DNA of 64,000 bases from Octopus sinensis (GCF_006345805.1 NC_043009.1:69068001-69132000), one strand, 5' to 3'. Shown: positions 37,625-52,213, counted from the first letter of the stretch. Notes: a model not told the origin generated them from the letters alone. Program-made: numbers and translations.

Positions 37625-39245
37625 CCAGAGTGGCTAACTGGCCTCCGTACCGGTGGCACGTAAAAGCACCCACTACACTCTCGGAGTGGTTGGCGTTAGG
37701 AAGGGCATCCAGCTGTAGAAACTCTGCCAGATCAAGACTAGAGTCTGGTTCGCCAGCCCTCAGTCAAAATCGTCCAACCCATGCTAGCATGGAAAGCAGA
37801 CGTTAAACGATGATGATGATACATGAAGATCCTCCATCTTTTCATGTTTCTTTCCTCTTTGAGAGTAGGACATAATTTAAGGGAGTTTGGCAACTAATTC
37901 TAACAAACCAGCTGTTCTGCATCCAAGTTTCTTCGTTGGTTCATTCCATGGTTTGGTTTTTGTGTGGCCCCTCATCAACTTTAATCAAACAGAGCTGTGA
38001 ATAAAGGGATTCCAGCCATAACCATTCCACCTTTTTCTTTGTCTTTTTGTCAGACATGACATACCTGGGACTACACTGTTTAATGTATCGTTTCTTTAAA
38101 GTAGATTAGTGATTTGAGGCAAATTTAGCTGTTATTTCTAGCAGATCAAGTGACCATGTTACGGTTACCTTGTTTGATTTATTTATCACTTTGTTCCAGT
38201 TGTTCTAATAGTGGTACATTTATTTATTTATTTATTTATTCCTAATTTTGTTTTCGGTCTTTTTTCGCTCTTGGCCAGAAGCCAAACCAGTTTTTTCTTT
38301 TTGCCAAATGTCTGAAGCAAGAGGAAGGGATGGTGTTATGTTTTTTTTAATTATTTTACTTTCACATTCTGTAAATTTTGGAGGGGCTCCCAGATGAAAA
38401 CCTCTCCCCGCATCACAATTAATTCTCTTCTTTGACCTTCAGCAGAATCATATTAAATACACAAACACACAAATTTGTTTCCTCATATCAAAACCTGCTG
38501 ATTAAGATGTTCCATTGTAATGTCAGGCGGACAAAACCTTTAGGTATGAGGAAATAATGCACAAGTACAATATTTACCAATGTATACACTCTCTCTTCAC
38601 ATCTATCTATCTATCTAGCTAACTAGCTCTGGCACCTGTGCGGGTGGCACGTAAAAAGCACCCGCTACACCCACGGAGTGGTTGGCGTTAGGAAGGGCAT
38701 CCAGCCGTAGAAACACTGCCAGATCTGACTGAGCCTGATGCGGCCTTCCGGCTTCACAGACCCCAGTTGAACCATCCAACCCATGCTAGCATGGAAAACG
38801 AACGCTAAATGATGATATATATAAGTTCCTTTACCTGGGATGTAGCCAGTCCACTTATGCATACCTTTCCTCCTTGGGACACAAAACTCTACTTGCGAAG
38901 ACCTGTTGAGGCAAGTGAAATCAAAATCGATCAAAAAATCAATGGAAATTGTAATTGTGATACCAGTGCCGGTGGCACATAAAAGAACCATTCGAATGTG
39001 GCTGTTGCCAGTGCCGGTGGCACGTAAAAGGCACCATCCGATCGTAGCTGTTGCCAGCCTTCCCCTGCCACGTAAAAAGTACCCACTACACTCACAGAGT
39101 GGTTGGCGTTAGGAAGGGCATCCAGCTGTAGAAACACTGCCAGATCAGACTGGTGCCTGGTGCAGCCTCCTGGCTTCCCAGACCCTGGTCAAACCATCCA
39201 ACCCATGCTAGCATGGAAAACGGACATTAAACGATGATGATGATA
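37625..39245 (+). mobile_element. Three copies of a (GAT)n-tailed short retroelement
   Basis: Shared ggtggcacgtaaaagcaccc...gttaggaagggcatccagc...ccaacccatgctagcatggaaa...aaacgatgatgat at ~37630-37820, ~38630-38815 and ~38870-39245. About ten more copies occur elsewhere in the window. Confidence 0.8.
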
Positions 39246-39868
39246 TATATATATATATATAATAAAGGCCAAAACGAATTTGTGTGTGTCAATGTGTCAC
39301 ACTTTAACCCCTTCTTTCCGTATTCAATAATACTTCTACTATTCCTCTTGCAGGGGTGAGAGTAATAGTATGAGCTGCAGTTGTGATAGAGGTGGAGGCG
39401 ATGGTGATGATGATGGTGGTGGTGGTGGTGGTAGCCGAGGCAGCCAGGGATGACAGTGATAGTAAGCGATGTGAAAGACAGTTGTGATGGTGGTGGAGGG
39501 GAAGGCTGCGAAGTTAAGGGTATTGATGGTAGTGGCGTCAGAAGTCTGAATGGTGTGTGTATAGCAGTTGTGGTGGTGGTGGTACTGGTGATGGTGATGG
39601 TTGAAAATAATCAACAGAAAAAGAGAGAAAGAAAAAGAATCTAGGCAGAAAAAGAATTGTACTGACCCTGCCTAATGGGAAGACAAAGAATGTTGTTTAT
39701 TATGCAGCTTTGCAATGAGTTCCAAGTCAGCAAATTAGGGGTCAAGTTTAATAAAATTTGATATGTACTCAATGCATGAAGTGTCATTGTTGGGCCCAAG
39801 GCCTAATGAAGACCCCTCCACAAGAGCTAGGGTAAAAGCCACCCGACAGGGCACCTTTGAAGCTAGTA

Positions 39869-39913
<45 letters not shown>

Positions 39914-40674
39914 AATTTAAAAATAGGATAAAATCTTCATAAGAATTTATCAAGTAGTTAACATGAAAAACCTCATAAGAGAAAAAAAACCATCAATTTT
40001 TTTCTTTTAAATTTGTTTATTTATATTATATTTTAAGGTGAGAATGGACTGTGCATGGGACCGATCCCACTGCTCTAAGCAATGCATGCGTTTGCCCAAG
40101 AGGAAGAACCAGACTATATTATTAGATGCGAAGTTGCTGGAGTCACACCAGCGTTTTCCTTCTCTTAGAGAGATGCCTAAACAAAGATTAAGGGTCTCAC
40201 ACTCTCAGCACTTGGATGGCCATTGACTTTTCTGAATTCTTCAGCCTTTTGACAGGTTTTTGTCTTCTGTCCTGCAAGGTGCCCATTCTCTTTACCAAGC
40301 AAATTTGGTAAGGTGGTTGGCTTAGTAACCAACAGCCCAAACATGCAACAGGTTGTACACTTAAATAACACGACATTACATACATGCACACACACACACA
40401 CAAATTAAGGTGAAACAACAGTGGTCAACATATTGGGGTTTTCTCAATCTATAGATCACGAGTTCACATCTGTTGTGTATCGCTTAACAAGAAGGACACT
40501 TCATGGCCCAGGCTCATGCGGCACTGTGCCAAGATCTGCAGATGTTATCTGTAATCATTGGTAGTATTCTCTATGTACCACACAGTGAGGTAGAATTTGG
40601 AACCTTGCATTCATGAAGCAAGCCCCGTAGTCACACAGTTATGCCTGTGCCTCTGTATGTATGTAGAGAGAGAG

Positions 40675-41056
40675 AGAGAGGCAGACAGATAGATAGATGA
40701 ACACAGATAGATAGATAGAAAGGAAAGGCGGGCGTTAAACAATGGTAGATAGACAGATAGATAGGTAGATAGATAGATAGGTAGATAGACAGATAGGTAG
40801 ATAGACAGATAGGTAGATAGATAGGTAGATAGACAGATAGACAGATAGGTAGATAGATAGGTAGATAGATAGATAGTTAGATAGATAGATAGGTAGGTAG
40901 ATAGGTAGATAGATAGATAGATAGGTAGATAGATAGGTAGATAGATAGATAGGTAGATAGAAATAAATAGAAAGGAAAGACGGGCATTAAACGATGGTAG
41001 ATAGATAGGTAGATAGACAGATAGATAAGTAGGTAGGTAGATAGATAGATAGATAT
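40675..41056. repeat. (GATA/GGTA/GACA)n compound microsatellite with a duplicated non-repetitive island
   Basis: Visible tandem repeat. aaaggaaag(g/a)cgggc(g/a)ttaaac(a/g)atggtagat occurs twice (~40719 and ~40971). Confidence 0.95.
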
Positions 41057-41117
41057 GTCGTGATCATTTAGTATAATGTACGTGTTTGTGTTTGTATATA
41101 CACACACACAGTCATAC

Positions 41118-41149
<32 letters not shown>

Positions 41150-41225
41150 GTAGGTATGTATAGTGCTTGTAAACTATGTTTTAACCAAATATAACCTGTT
41201 TTTTTTAAATTCTTTTTCCTTTCAG

Positions 41226-41334
41226 GATGAGAAATCTTTCAAGTGGAAAGTGCTGATGTTTTGCAGTATAATGGTTGCCACTGCTGGTCTCTTGTTTTTC
41301 TTTGTGAAGCACCGTTTTCATTGCGAACCTTTAG
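41226..41334 (+). CDS. PGAP2: PGAP2-family coding exon C (phase 0 to phase 1)
   Basis: ttcctttcag acceptor and gtaaaa donor. DEKSFKWKVLMFCSIMVATAGLLFFFVKHRFHCEPL matches SxxWK...FxxHxxxC-E. Confidence 0.92.
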
Positions 41335-42001
41335 GTAAAAAAAAAATATGCTCTCTCTCTCTCGCTCTCTCTCTCTCCCTTTCTGTTATTTAATCAATCT
41401 TTCTGCTTCATTTTGCTCTTTCTCTTTTTTTCTTATTATGCAATTTTTAATATATATTTTCTGAATTTTATTACTTTTCACTCTTTGTTTGACTTTTTAT
41501 AATTTGTTAGCCTATTTTTTTTTTCCGTTTTTTTTTGTGGGGGTGGGGTAAATTGATTTTATTTTGTTCTTTGTTTGTTAATTTTTTGCTTCTTTCTGTC
41601 TTTATTTCTTTCCTTTTCTCTCTCTTATTTTATGTGATTGTGTGTGTGTATGAGTATGTGTGTGTCTTTATATATATATATATAAACACACACACACTCA
41701 TCTACTTGCCATTGCACAATCTACAAACAAGCATCTCTCTTCGTAGTATTCTATCGTCGTCCGCAGTTTATCCCATTGAGCTTGATTAAACTTTGAACAA
41801 AACTAGTTTTCTGTGTCACTTCTGCTCTTTGTTGCTCTCCCTCCTTTATAAGTTTCCCATTTACATTGAAATCCTGCTCGGGAACTTACCTTTTATATCT
41901 CTCATGGGTCAGAATGAATGAATAACCAGTTTTTTTCTCTTTCTTTGTCACTTTCTGGCATTCATAATCACAACACCAACAACAGCTTTCTTCAAAACCT
42001 A

Positions 42002-42034
<33 letters not shown>

Positions 42035-42039
42035 TATTA

Positions 42040-42074
<35 letters not shown>

Positions 42075-42075
<1 letters not shown>

Positions 42076-43230
42076 GGGTGGTGAGCTGGCAGAATTGTTA
42101 GCATGCTGGGAAAAATGCTGAACAGCATTTCATCCGTCTTACATTCTGACTTTTCCTTTCATCCTTTCAGGGTGGATAAATTAAGTACCAGTGAAACACT
42201 GGGGTCAGTGTAGTCGGCTAGTCCCCTCCCCAAAAATTTCAGGCCCTGTGCCTTTAGTAGAAAAGATTATTCGCTGGGAAAAATGCTTAGCAGTATTTTG
42301 TCTGCTGCTATGTTCTGAGTTCAAATTCCACCAAGATCGACTTTGCCTTTCATCCTTTCAGGGTCGATGAAATAAGTACCAGTTATGTACTGGGGTCAAT
42401 GTAATCGACAAACCCCCACCCCTCAAATTTCAGGCCTTGTGCCTATAGTAGAAAGGATTCGCATAACCAGCCCCAGCCGACTCAAAAGTACCTTGGATTG
42501 TAGGGCGACATGTTGTGCTTGAGGAAACCTACTGAGTCAAGTACATCAACATCAATATCAAATGGAAATTGCAGTCGTGATCCCCGTGCCGGTGGCACAT
42601 AAACAGCACCATCTGAACATGCCAGCACTGCCAATTGTGGTTGTTGCCAACCTCCTCCGGATCATGTACCGGTGGCATGTGAAAAGCACCCCCTACACTC
42701 TCGGTGTGGTTGGCATTAGGAAGGGCATCCAGCTGTAGAAACACTGCCAGATCAGACTGGAGCCTGGTGCAGCCTCCTGGCTTCCCAGACCCAAGTCTCA
42801 CCATCCAACCCATGTCAGCATGAAAAATGATGATGATGATGACGATGATGATTATTATTATTATTCTTTTTATCTCAGGTTTTGTTGTAACTTCTGGAGT
42901 CTTGCATGTGTAGCAGGCTTGCTACCTGCAGCCTACGGTACCTTGCTATCTGTTCTTTTCAACTATCTAATACTTTCCTGATTATTATTATTATTATCAT
43001 TATTATTATTATTATGAAGGTGGTGAGCTGGCAGAATCATTAGCACACTGGGCAAAATGCTTTGTGGTATTTTGTCCGTCTTCACATTCTGAGTTCAAAT
43101 TCTGCCAAGTTCAACTTTGCCTTTCATCCTTTTGGAGTTGATTAAATAAGTACCAGTTACGCACTGGGGTCGATCTAATCGACTTAATCCTTTCCCCCAA
43201 ATTTTGAGGCCTTGTGCTTCCAGTAGAAAG
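42075..43230 (+). mobile_element. SINE cluster: two tandem (TTA)-associated SINEs, one (GAT)n-tailed element, another (TTA)-associated SINE
   Basis: Recognisable family consensus segments at ~42075-42260, ~42270-42455, ~42470-42850 and ~43017-43230. Confidence 0.8.
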
Positions 43231-43694
43231 GATTATTATTATTATTGCAAGTTGGCAGCATCATCTGACAAGATGTTTGGCCTGTCACTTGACTTAGCCA
43301 CCACCGCCACCGTGGTCCTTGAGTGCCTTTAGCAGAGGCAACTCTGCTGTAAAATATCCAAACTTCATATCCAGTAAGAGACAATACTCTCCCTTACTGT
43401 AACAAACCATGTGTTGTGATTTCATCTACCTCCACCTGTCTTGGAGACCCTGCAAAAAAAATAAGCCATGGCCGCTGCCCTTTCTCTGCTTAAACCATAA
43501 AAAAAAAAAAAAATTTAGAAAGGTCCAGTGTTCAAATCCTGTTCTTGATATTTTTCTTTATCACTCTTATTTGTTTCTACCTTTGATTTTCTTTTTCTGC
43601 CTGTCTATCTCTTGCTCTGCATAAAACGAGCTCGTTAGCTGCTAATTACAATGGATTGTTTAGTTTCTTTATAGCTAGGAAATGTTGTTACCTA

Positions 43695-43746
<52 letters not shown>

Positions 43747-44578
43747 ATGTATGTATATATATTTTTTTAACTTAATTTCATTCTATTTCCCTTTTTTATT
43801 GTTTTACTTTTAATAAGCAATTCATTTGGTTAATTTTATTTTATAGTATTGAACTAGTTTCATCGATATTGATCTCAGCCTATCCTTTTCCTTGTACATT
43901 GTTCAAAGATGTTGCTTATGAGATGTCATGTTCCACTAAGCTTTATTCAGCTTGTTTTGCATGTGATGTCATGTTCATGATGTTGATTGAGAAACAAAAA
44001 ATATCCAGTTGTCTACACTTGTTTTTTGTTTGAATGTCCTTTTTGGAATTAGTGCTTTGTTGCTGATACTATTTTGTAGCTATAAGTTACCATTATTTGT
44101 TTAATCTGATGTAGTTACTTGTAGTTAATAAGCTGGTTTATTCCCAGCTAGTGTTTATATGTTTTATGCTGTTGACACTGCTGGATTGAACAGTACTGCC
44201 CAGGTGTCAAAACCATAGTGATATCTGTTTGGCAACCGCTGATGGGAATACACTTTTGTTATGTTTGATTATGATTGATTTATTTCTTAGCCTCATTATT
44301 CTGTCCTTCATTCTTGTAAAGTAGATTCGTAGTTTGTAGGAATCACTTTGGTTTTGTTTGGTTTCCTTCATAATCTAATTAGGCTTAGACAATGCATGGG
44401 TGTTGATGCCTAGTTTTTGGAGATTCTGTGATGCATATATATATATGGGCATGAAATGCCTATAATTAATGACAGGTGGGTAAAGCAGTAACAAGAAATT
44501 GAGACATGTTGGCACAGCCTTTTTAGTGTCACTGGCTTGAAACTGAATTATCTGATATCAGACATTTTAATGTTTTTC

Positions 44579-44870
44579 GTCTCTCTCCCTCTTCCCCTCC
44601 CCTCTCTCTCCCTCTTCCCCTCCCTTCTCTCTCTCTGCCTCTTCCCCCTCTCTCTCCCTTTTCCCCCTCCCCTCTCAATCCCTCTTCTCTCTCCCTCTGC
44701 CTCTTCCCCTCTCTCTCCCTCTTCCCCCTCCCTTCTCTCTCCCTCTTCCCCCTCCCCCTCTCTCCCTCTTCCCCTCCTATCTCTCCCTCTGCCCCTCCCC
44801 CCTCCATTCTCTCTCCCTCTTCCGCCTCCCTTCTCTCTCCCTCTTCCGTCTCCCTTCTCTCTCCCTCTCT
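44579..44870. repeat. Polypyrimidine/polypurine (CT-rich) low-complexity tract
   Basis: Almost only C/T on the + strand (ctcttcccct units). Confidence 0.95.
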
Positions 44871-44967
44871 TTATGTGTATAAGCATATTTCCCTTCATAG
44901 TGTATGAGGAAATGGAAAGTGTTTACGTCAGCCATGTTCAATAAAGAAACTGTGAGGTCTTTTCCTC

Positions 44968-45013
<46 letters not shown>

Positions 45014-45955
45014 ATCCGTATGTCAATGTTTCTGTTCGTGTGTACGTGTGTGTGTGTTTTGGCTTCCAGTGCCAAAAAGTGCTGTTGCCAAACCAGGCTG
45101 AATCTCCAATCAGCCGTGTCAGGTTATCAGCATCCAAACAACCATGTCCAATCCTCCCAATCTGGTGCCAAGAGATTCCGGCAGACAGGAACTCTGAACA
45201 GAAGATCAAAGAAGAAGACATGGCCAGACGTGGTGAGAGCTGATCTGTGTTATTACGCTGAGTCCTACACAAAGTTAAGAATGGAGGAATGTGCCATGTA
45301 TTGAGATATTGTCTTGGAGAAGATCTGTCCAACCCGAAAGAAGTGGACACAGGCACAGAACGTGGCTGTGGAGTTGAAGAACTTGCTTTACTACTTCTGG
45401 TTTTTGGTATTGTTTCATTATATGGCCGCTTGGGCTACTTTACTCTAGCCTCAAACTGACCAAAGCTTTCTGAGTGAATTTGGTAGACGGAAACTGTGAA
45501 GAAGCCCATTGTGTATACATATGCGTGTGTGTGCATGCATCTGTGTGTGTGTGTGTGTGTGTCCCCACAACCTCTCCCATCACCTGACAACCAGTGTTGG
45601 TTCATTTACACCTCTGTAACTTAGCAGTTCAGCAAAAGAGACTGATAGAATAAGTACAAAAATTAAGTACTTTGGGTTGACTTGTTCGACTAAACACTTC
45701 GAGGCAGTGCTCCAGCTTGGCTGCAATCCAATGACTAAAAGAAGTAAAAGGTAAAAGATAAAGACTAAAATTATTATTGATGATGATGATGATCTCTTCC
45801 CTTCAAATGCAGAATCCATCCATATTTCTTCCCCTACCACCACCACCACTCTACCTTACCTATTTCCCATACACCTACACATGTGATCCAATCAATCTAT
45901 ATTTCACTCAATCGATCTCTCACTCTGTTTCTCTTCTTCTTCTTCTCTGTTTCAG

Positions 45956-46128
45956 CCTTCAGTTGGTTCTCTCTGTGTGAGTATGTGATTGCCTACACCA
46001 ATATGGGCTTCCATATGACTGCCGCTTACGATTTCCGAAACGTCACATTCTACGCGTGCACGCCAGCCGTCTACAGCACGCTGCCCATCAATGGAATGCT
46101 TGTAAACAACAACAAAAAACAACGATAA
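45956..46128 (+). CDS. PGAP2: PGAP2-family terminal coding exon D with stop codon
   Basis: Long pyrimidine tract plus ttcag. (A)FSWFSLCEYVIAYTNMGFHMTAAYDFRNVTF...NNNKKQR* matches the conserved EYxxxxTNMxFHMTAxxDF motif. The four exons total 651 nt (216 aa plus stop). Confidence 0.92.
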
Positions 46129-46487
46129 CACTCATCATGTTTTCACTTCAATATCAACGTCAAGACAAAACTGTCAAAGATCTGGGGATGGGATGGGATG
46201 GGGGGGGGGACAGGGAACTTGGAATCTTGCTAAGGGATGCTTGTGGGGGTTTTTTTTTGTGGAGGTATGTGTGTGTGTGTGATTCTGTGTGTTTGTAGCT
46301 TGTATTGTTTTTTCTTTATTAATTTTTCCGTGATTTTTTTTCTTCTTCTTTCTCCGCAAGATTCTAAATGAAAGTTCAATTTCTCTCTTTTATACACAAC
46401 TAATACAAACACATATTTGCACACACACATTCACTTCTTCTAACCGATGAAACCAAACAAATATATATACATATATATATATGTGTG

Positions 46488-46522
<35 letters not shown>

Positions 46523-46538
46523 TTAAATATATATATAT

Positions 46539-46802
46539 AAAACAATTGCAGCGTGGAAGGTGTTTATAAGCCATTTAAGAAACACACAAAAACCGTTAGA
46601 TTCACTTCAACATTTAAATTTAATTTGCCAAAATATTTTCGTCGCTTTGAGACTGCGACCTGTTCACTGACAAAATTCCATGCTGTCGTCTCAAAGCGAT
46701 GAAAATATTTTGGCAAATTAAATTTAAATGTTGAAGTGAATCTAACGGTTTTTGTGCGTTTCTTAAATGGCTTATAAACACCTTCCACGCTGCAATTGTT
46801 TT
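46539..46802. repeat. Near-perfect 115-bp-arm palindrome (foldback MITE-like)
   Basis: Arms 46539-46653 and 46688-46802 with a 34-nt loop and only two non-Watson-Crick positions (46584/46757, 46641/46700). Flanked on the left by (TA)n. Confidence 0.95.
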
Positions 46803-47522
46803 CGTTCCAGCACACAATCTCAAATCAAGTCACTTGCTATGCAAGTACATATATATATATATGTATGTATATATATATATGTATGTATATATATATATGT
46901 ATGTATATATATATATATATGTATATATGTATATATATATATATTATGTATATATATATATATATTATATATATATATATGTATATGTATATATATGTAT
47001 GTATTATATAATATGTATGTATATATATATATATGTATATATGTGTATACATGTGAATATATATGTGTGTATATATATGTATATTTATATATGTATGTAT
47101 GTATGTATGTTTGTACACACACCTATTCAAAGACACAGAGCTGCTATTTATAATTTTGTTCTAAACTCAATTTCTTTCCTTTTTTTTTTTCTTTATACCC
47201 CACAAAAAATACCCAAAGCAAGAAAAAAAAATGCTTATTTAAACACTCCAAAAGCATTTCTGTACAAAACAAGTTTGTGTCTTATTGGGCAACGTTTTCT
47301 TTGAAATCTATATCTATCTCATTATGGATATATCTCACCATGGATATATATCCTACCATAGATATATCCGTCTTAGAAGGGCACAATCAAAGATATTCTA
47401 TGCAAGTTGTATTATTTTTGAATGTCTGAAATAACAGCTGTCTCCCTAAATTTCATTACAGAATTTTCATACAAAACCTTTTGCAGCTAATTAATTACTG
47501 TGATGCTGTTTACAACAGTAGC

Positions 47523-47565
<43 letters not shown>

Positions 47566-50500
47566 GCATGTGTTTTAGTGAAATTATCAAATGGATGTGG
47601 TATTTAAGTGAAGCTTGAGTTTGTAGGTTGTTACCCAGAGTTTTACTGTTCAGTAATCTGTCATACAACCTGTGTTATTCTTACAAATTATGCAGTTGTT
47701 AGGTGACAGTTTACCAAGTATCAAACTCAAGACTAGCACAAGAGTAGAGCTACAGATTCAAGTGTTTTATATATATATATATATATATGTATATACAGAC
47801 ACACATACATATATACATGTATCCACTGCAACAATACTTATGATATCCCAGTTGCTTTCTCAGTTAATATCTTCTGTAGACATAATCAAAAACCTCATTA
47901 CCAGAAGGTGTTTGACAGTTGGTTTCCAAGTTGGCGCCTTCATATCACATCACTGGTTCTTATGCTGCAACTTTCATTAAAATCCTTCAACTCTTCTCTG
48001 TTCCTTATTTTATGGAAGCTAAATAAAAGGCCACTTATTAATGTATCATTAAATTCTGATGTTCATAAAATATATTGGTTGCCTCATGATTACACCATAA
48101 TTACACAACAGGTGGATTTAGTAATTTAACTTTAGTCCCCGTTGTTGTTCTTCCCTGAAATAGATGAGCTCCTTTGATGCTTACAGCTCTAGCTGTTAAA
48201 TCCTATTTGAAACTAGATCCCTTGTAGTTGAGCTTCCACACAGAGTACCAAGGATTCTTGTGCTGCCATATATTATATTCAGATCTAATCTACTAAGAGT
48301 TACAACATACACAGCACCTCTCTTCAATATTAACAGTGTCAGCTGTCTCTCTAGACCCAAACACCATTCTAGGTTGCTGACATCTCATAAATTTTGGGGG
48401 CACAGGTGCTTCGTTGCACTAAGTCTAGTTTCACTTACTTTAATAAAGCCACTTCCAAATTTATTTCATTAGTTATGAACAGAATTGACAGTAAAATGGA
48501 ATGTGATATATCCTATCTGTCACTCTCTACAAATAGTCACTGCATGCCAGTGTCGATACAGAATGGTTCTTATCCAAGTTGAATTATAGTTTATCTGAGA
48601 CAGTCGTCTCTGTTAATCTCAGACATTTGATTCTCTGTACCAATAGAAGCTCAGTACCAAGATAGCTTTATGCCAAGCATGAGCCATAGTAGATTGGTGC
48701 CCAGCTAACTCTGTGCCAAACGCATACATTAGCAGCAAAAATGATTGTTACTTATAGCTTATGTATGGATGGATGGATAGATGTATGGATGGCTGTTTCC
48801 CATGTTGATAGAAATTATATACAATTGTGAATGTAACTTTGCTATGTAGGTGGTTATATTCACATAGAATGGGAAGTTATTTGTGAATGGGTAACTTTGA
48901 CTTTTAGTTATGATGGTATTCAAGGAACTCACTTGAGCTGTTACCGGAATGTTTACTTAATTGTTGAAGTTAGTATTAACAACACTAGAATGCTGCTTAC
49001 CGACTGCCATCATCCTAATAATCATCATCATAGTCATATTTAGAAGATGATGGAGTCTTTGTTTGTAAAATTGCATGTATATTCACATTTCCATGGTGAA
49101 CTTATTATTAGAATGTGAATGTATTCATGAGCTGAGAAACTTGCCCAAGGAGATCACAGGTTGTATACATAGCAATTCATTTGACAGGAAGATGATGAAT
49201 GTCATGTCATTCTGTGACCGTTTCGTAACAACTTTATCTGGATGTATAGAATTATGTATAATAATTACAGCTATACTCAGAAACAGGTGTATATATGTAT
49301 TTACTGCATATATTACATCAGTTATATATAATATAATAAATATATTTATATATAATACTTACACATAAACACACAAACATTAAGTTAAAATGATGATGTC
49401 ATATTTCCTCTGAGCAACTATACATACATGTCTGTGTGTATGTACATACATACTTATATATGTATATATGTATGTATGCTAATTTACACATGCACACACA
49501 CACACACACCACACACTTGAGTATGAACAGGGAGGATGAATGCACCTTCACAAATTGTTGGGTTGATTTTAATGTTTCTGATCTTTAAACAATTGCTATC
49601 TACGGACCAAAGGAAATGGTATATATTTTACTCTAGAATGCAGGAAATATTTGAATGTCTTATGTTCTGGCTAGATTCAGAAAAAGTGGTTTGATTTCTT
49701 TAGTTAATAAAAGTAACTGTTGGCAGAAAATTCATTCCAAGAAGAGAGAGTGAAGTTGGATAACAAAAACAAACTGGTGTGTATAAAGGCATGAGTATAA
49801 ACGAAAATATGAATTGTAAACTAGAATTAAAAATATACACAAGAGAGAAGGTAAATTCATAGCTAAAATTATGTGAAGTGTGCAAGGGAAATAACTTACA
49901 AATTTAAAGGAAGGAATTTTCTTGAAAGTGGAGATTAAGAAAATATTACAAAGTTGGTATCGAGATCCTACAATTTAAAAATTTTCATGGTATTATTTAT
50001 TTGGGGGATTGCACCATGCACATAAGTAGTTATTACTCTATTATAAACCTCCCAAATATATAATTCTAAAATTGTTCAGAAACTATTGAAGCTTCTTGGC
50101 CTCTTTGTTAAATTCCACATCTTCATTTTCTAGAAGTTATTCCTTATTAATATTATGTTGTTTTTAATTTTCCTTTCAATTTTTAAGTTGCTTACATCAT
50201 ACAGTTTTAATTTCTCTTTTTCCCTTCCTTCCTTTTTACCATAAATTATAAATTAGCTCTTCCTAAATATGGTTCTTTAGGTTCTGATAGACCCATAGAC
50301 AAAATATATCTTTTCAAACTAACAATTCTGGATTAATTCAAATTCCAGAAAATTCACCATGGTCACTTTTGCTGTGGGAAAATTTTGCCATAAAAGAGGC
50401 AGATAATTAGACTGCACATGAGATAACTCGTTTTAAAGAAATTACCTTTCTCTAATTGGTAGGTTAGTCGATGAAGTTGTCATTTTAAGAAAACAGCTAT

Positions 50501-51000
50501 TTTTTTCTCATTTTGCAATTGTTTTATGGCAAATTTTCCTACGGCAAAAATGTCTACAGCGAAGTTTCCTATAACCAAATATTTTATTAAGTCTAAAATA
50601 TATCTTTGAGTACTGTATTCTTTACTCTAAAAATGTTCCAGAGTGTGACAAGTTCAAAAAGAAGCTACGTCTTGTATTTGAACTTGTCATCCTCCGCACT
50701 ATCTTTATTCATATATATTAAGCATCAAGTTCCAGGAAATCTTGCCACAATAAGGAATTAAACTACCCAAAATGGAAACAAGTTTCACATTGTGGAATTA
50801 TTCAAAAATTTTCAGGAACGCAATGTTTTTATAATGCAGGGATATTTATAATATACATCTGCAATTCTACGCACCTACTTATTATTTCCTGAATATATAT
50901 ATATATATATATTTACTTCACACCCGCCTTCCATAAACTCTCCAGTTTCATTTGCTAATTAATGAGATCCTAACATTTTTCTGCATCCAATGAAAAGCTT

Positions 51001-51035
<35 letters not shown>

Positions 51036-51349
51036 AACATTAAAATATTCAAAACCTGTTATTATTATATAGGTATATAATTAGTTTCCTTTGATTTGTT
51101 TATGACAGAGCCTAAAATATCAGAAATGAGATACTTGGAATATTGATTTGTGGAGTTTTGGCTTCCAATACACTCTATATATATATTATATAGAGGGCAC
51201 TATTACACATAGATGCCTCATGCTAGGAGGGACTCTTAAAGTCAAAACTACTAAAATAAATAAACATATTTTTTTCTCTTATGAGGTTTTTCACACTAAC
51301 TACTTGATAAATTCTTATGAAGATTTTATCCTATTTTTAAATTATATAT

Positions 51350-51395
<46 letters not shown>

Positions 51396-52172
51396 TACAC
51401 ATATATATCTTGTAATATGTTTGTATGTGTATTCACACACACACGTGTGTAGCTACATATATATGTATATATATACACATGCACATATTACTCACACACA
51501 TACGTATAATTTGTCAAGGAAAAATATGACACATTTAACAAGAACTTTCTAGAATAACTCAAATATCCCCGATCCAACTCTGCCCACGTCTCTCCTCCTC
51601 CCCCCCTCCATGAAAAAAAAAATGAGAAATGTAAATTATTTGCCAACTGTGGTGTTTTTGATTTTATGCTCTTAATCGTATAAAATCGAAGCCCATCATT
51701 TGCCATATTTACTGAATCGAGAGACGTAACACCAAGGCCTACCAAAGAAATGAATATTTTATTTTGTAATTTTACGAAATATCGAAAAAAAAAATGAAGT
51801 TTCCCAGTTAACTCCCTTTATTGACCCTCTCACCTCATATTTCTTTCTTGTTTATTTTTTCTTTATATTCCACAAGTTCTTTCTTATGGAACATAAATAA
51901 GAATAATACTGGTTAAAAATGAAAATAGATGCTCTATTTTTTACAATTTCAGAGTATGTGCATTGTTTTAATCAACATATATAAGTACATCTGGTGACTG
52001 GTGTCCCTCTATTTCTGTATTTCCATTATTACCAGAAAAAAGTTATTTTGCTTTGTGTTTTGTTTTTCTTTAAATATTATAAACATGCATTTGTGTTGAT
52101 GTGCACATTGCACACAAACATACGCATATATATGCATGCACACACATGTTCACACAATCGGTATGTTTACCT

Positions 52173-52213
<41 letters not shown>

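Noticed and set aside
38940-39075. Short spaced direct repeats (ccagtgccggtggcac) resembling a CRISPR array
   Set aside because: Internal subrepeats of a SINE/LINE-tail family in eukaryotic DNA, with related spacers and no cas genes.
40177-40401. CNVVLFKCTTC resembling a GIY-YIG endonuclease start
   Set aside because: The YIG motif and later conserved residues are absent, and the similarity is too short.
49211-49285. Minus-strand GAAACGGTC with upstream CTGAGTA
   Set aside because: Core is mutated and stems are not in register.
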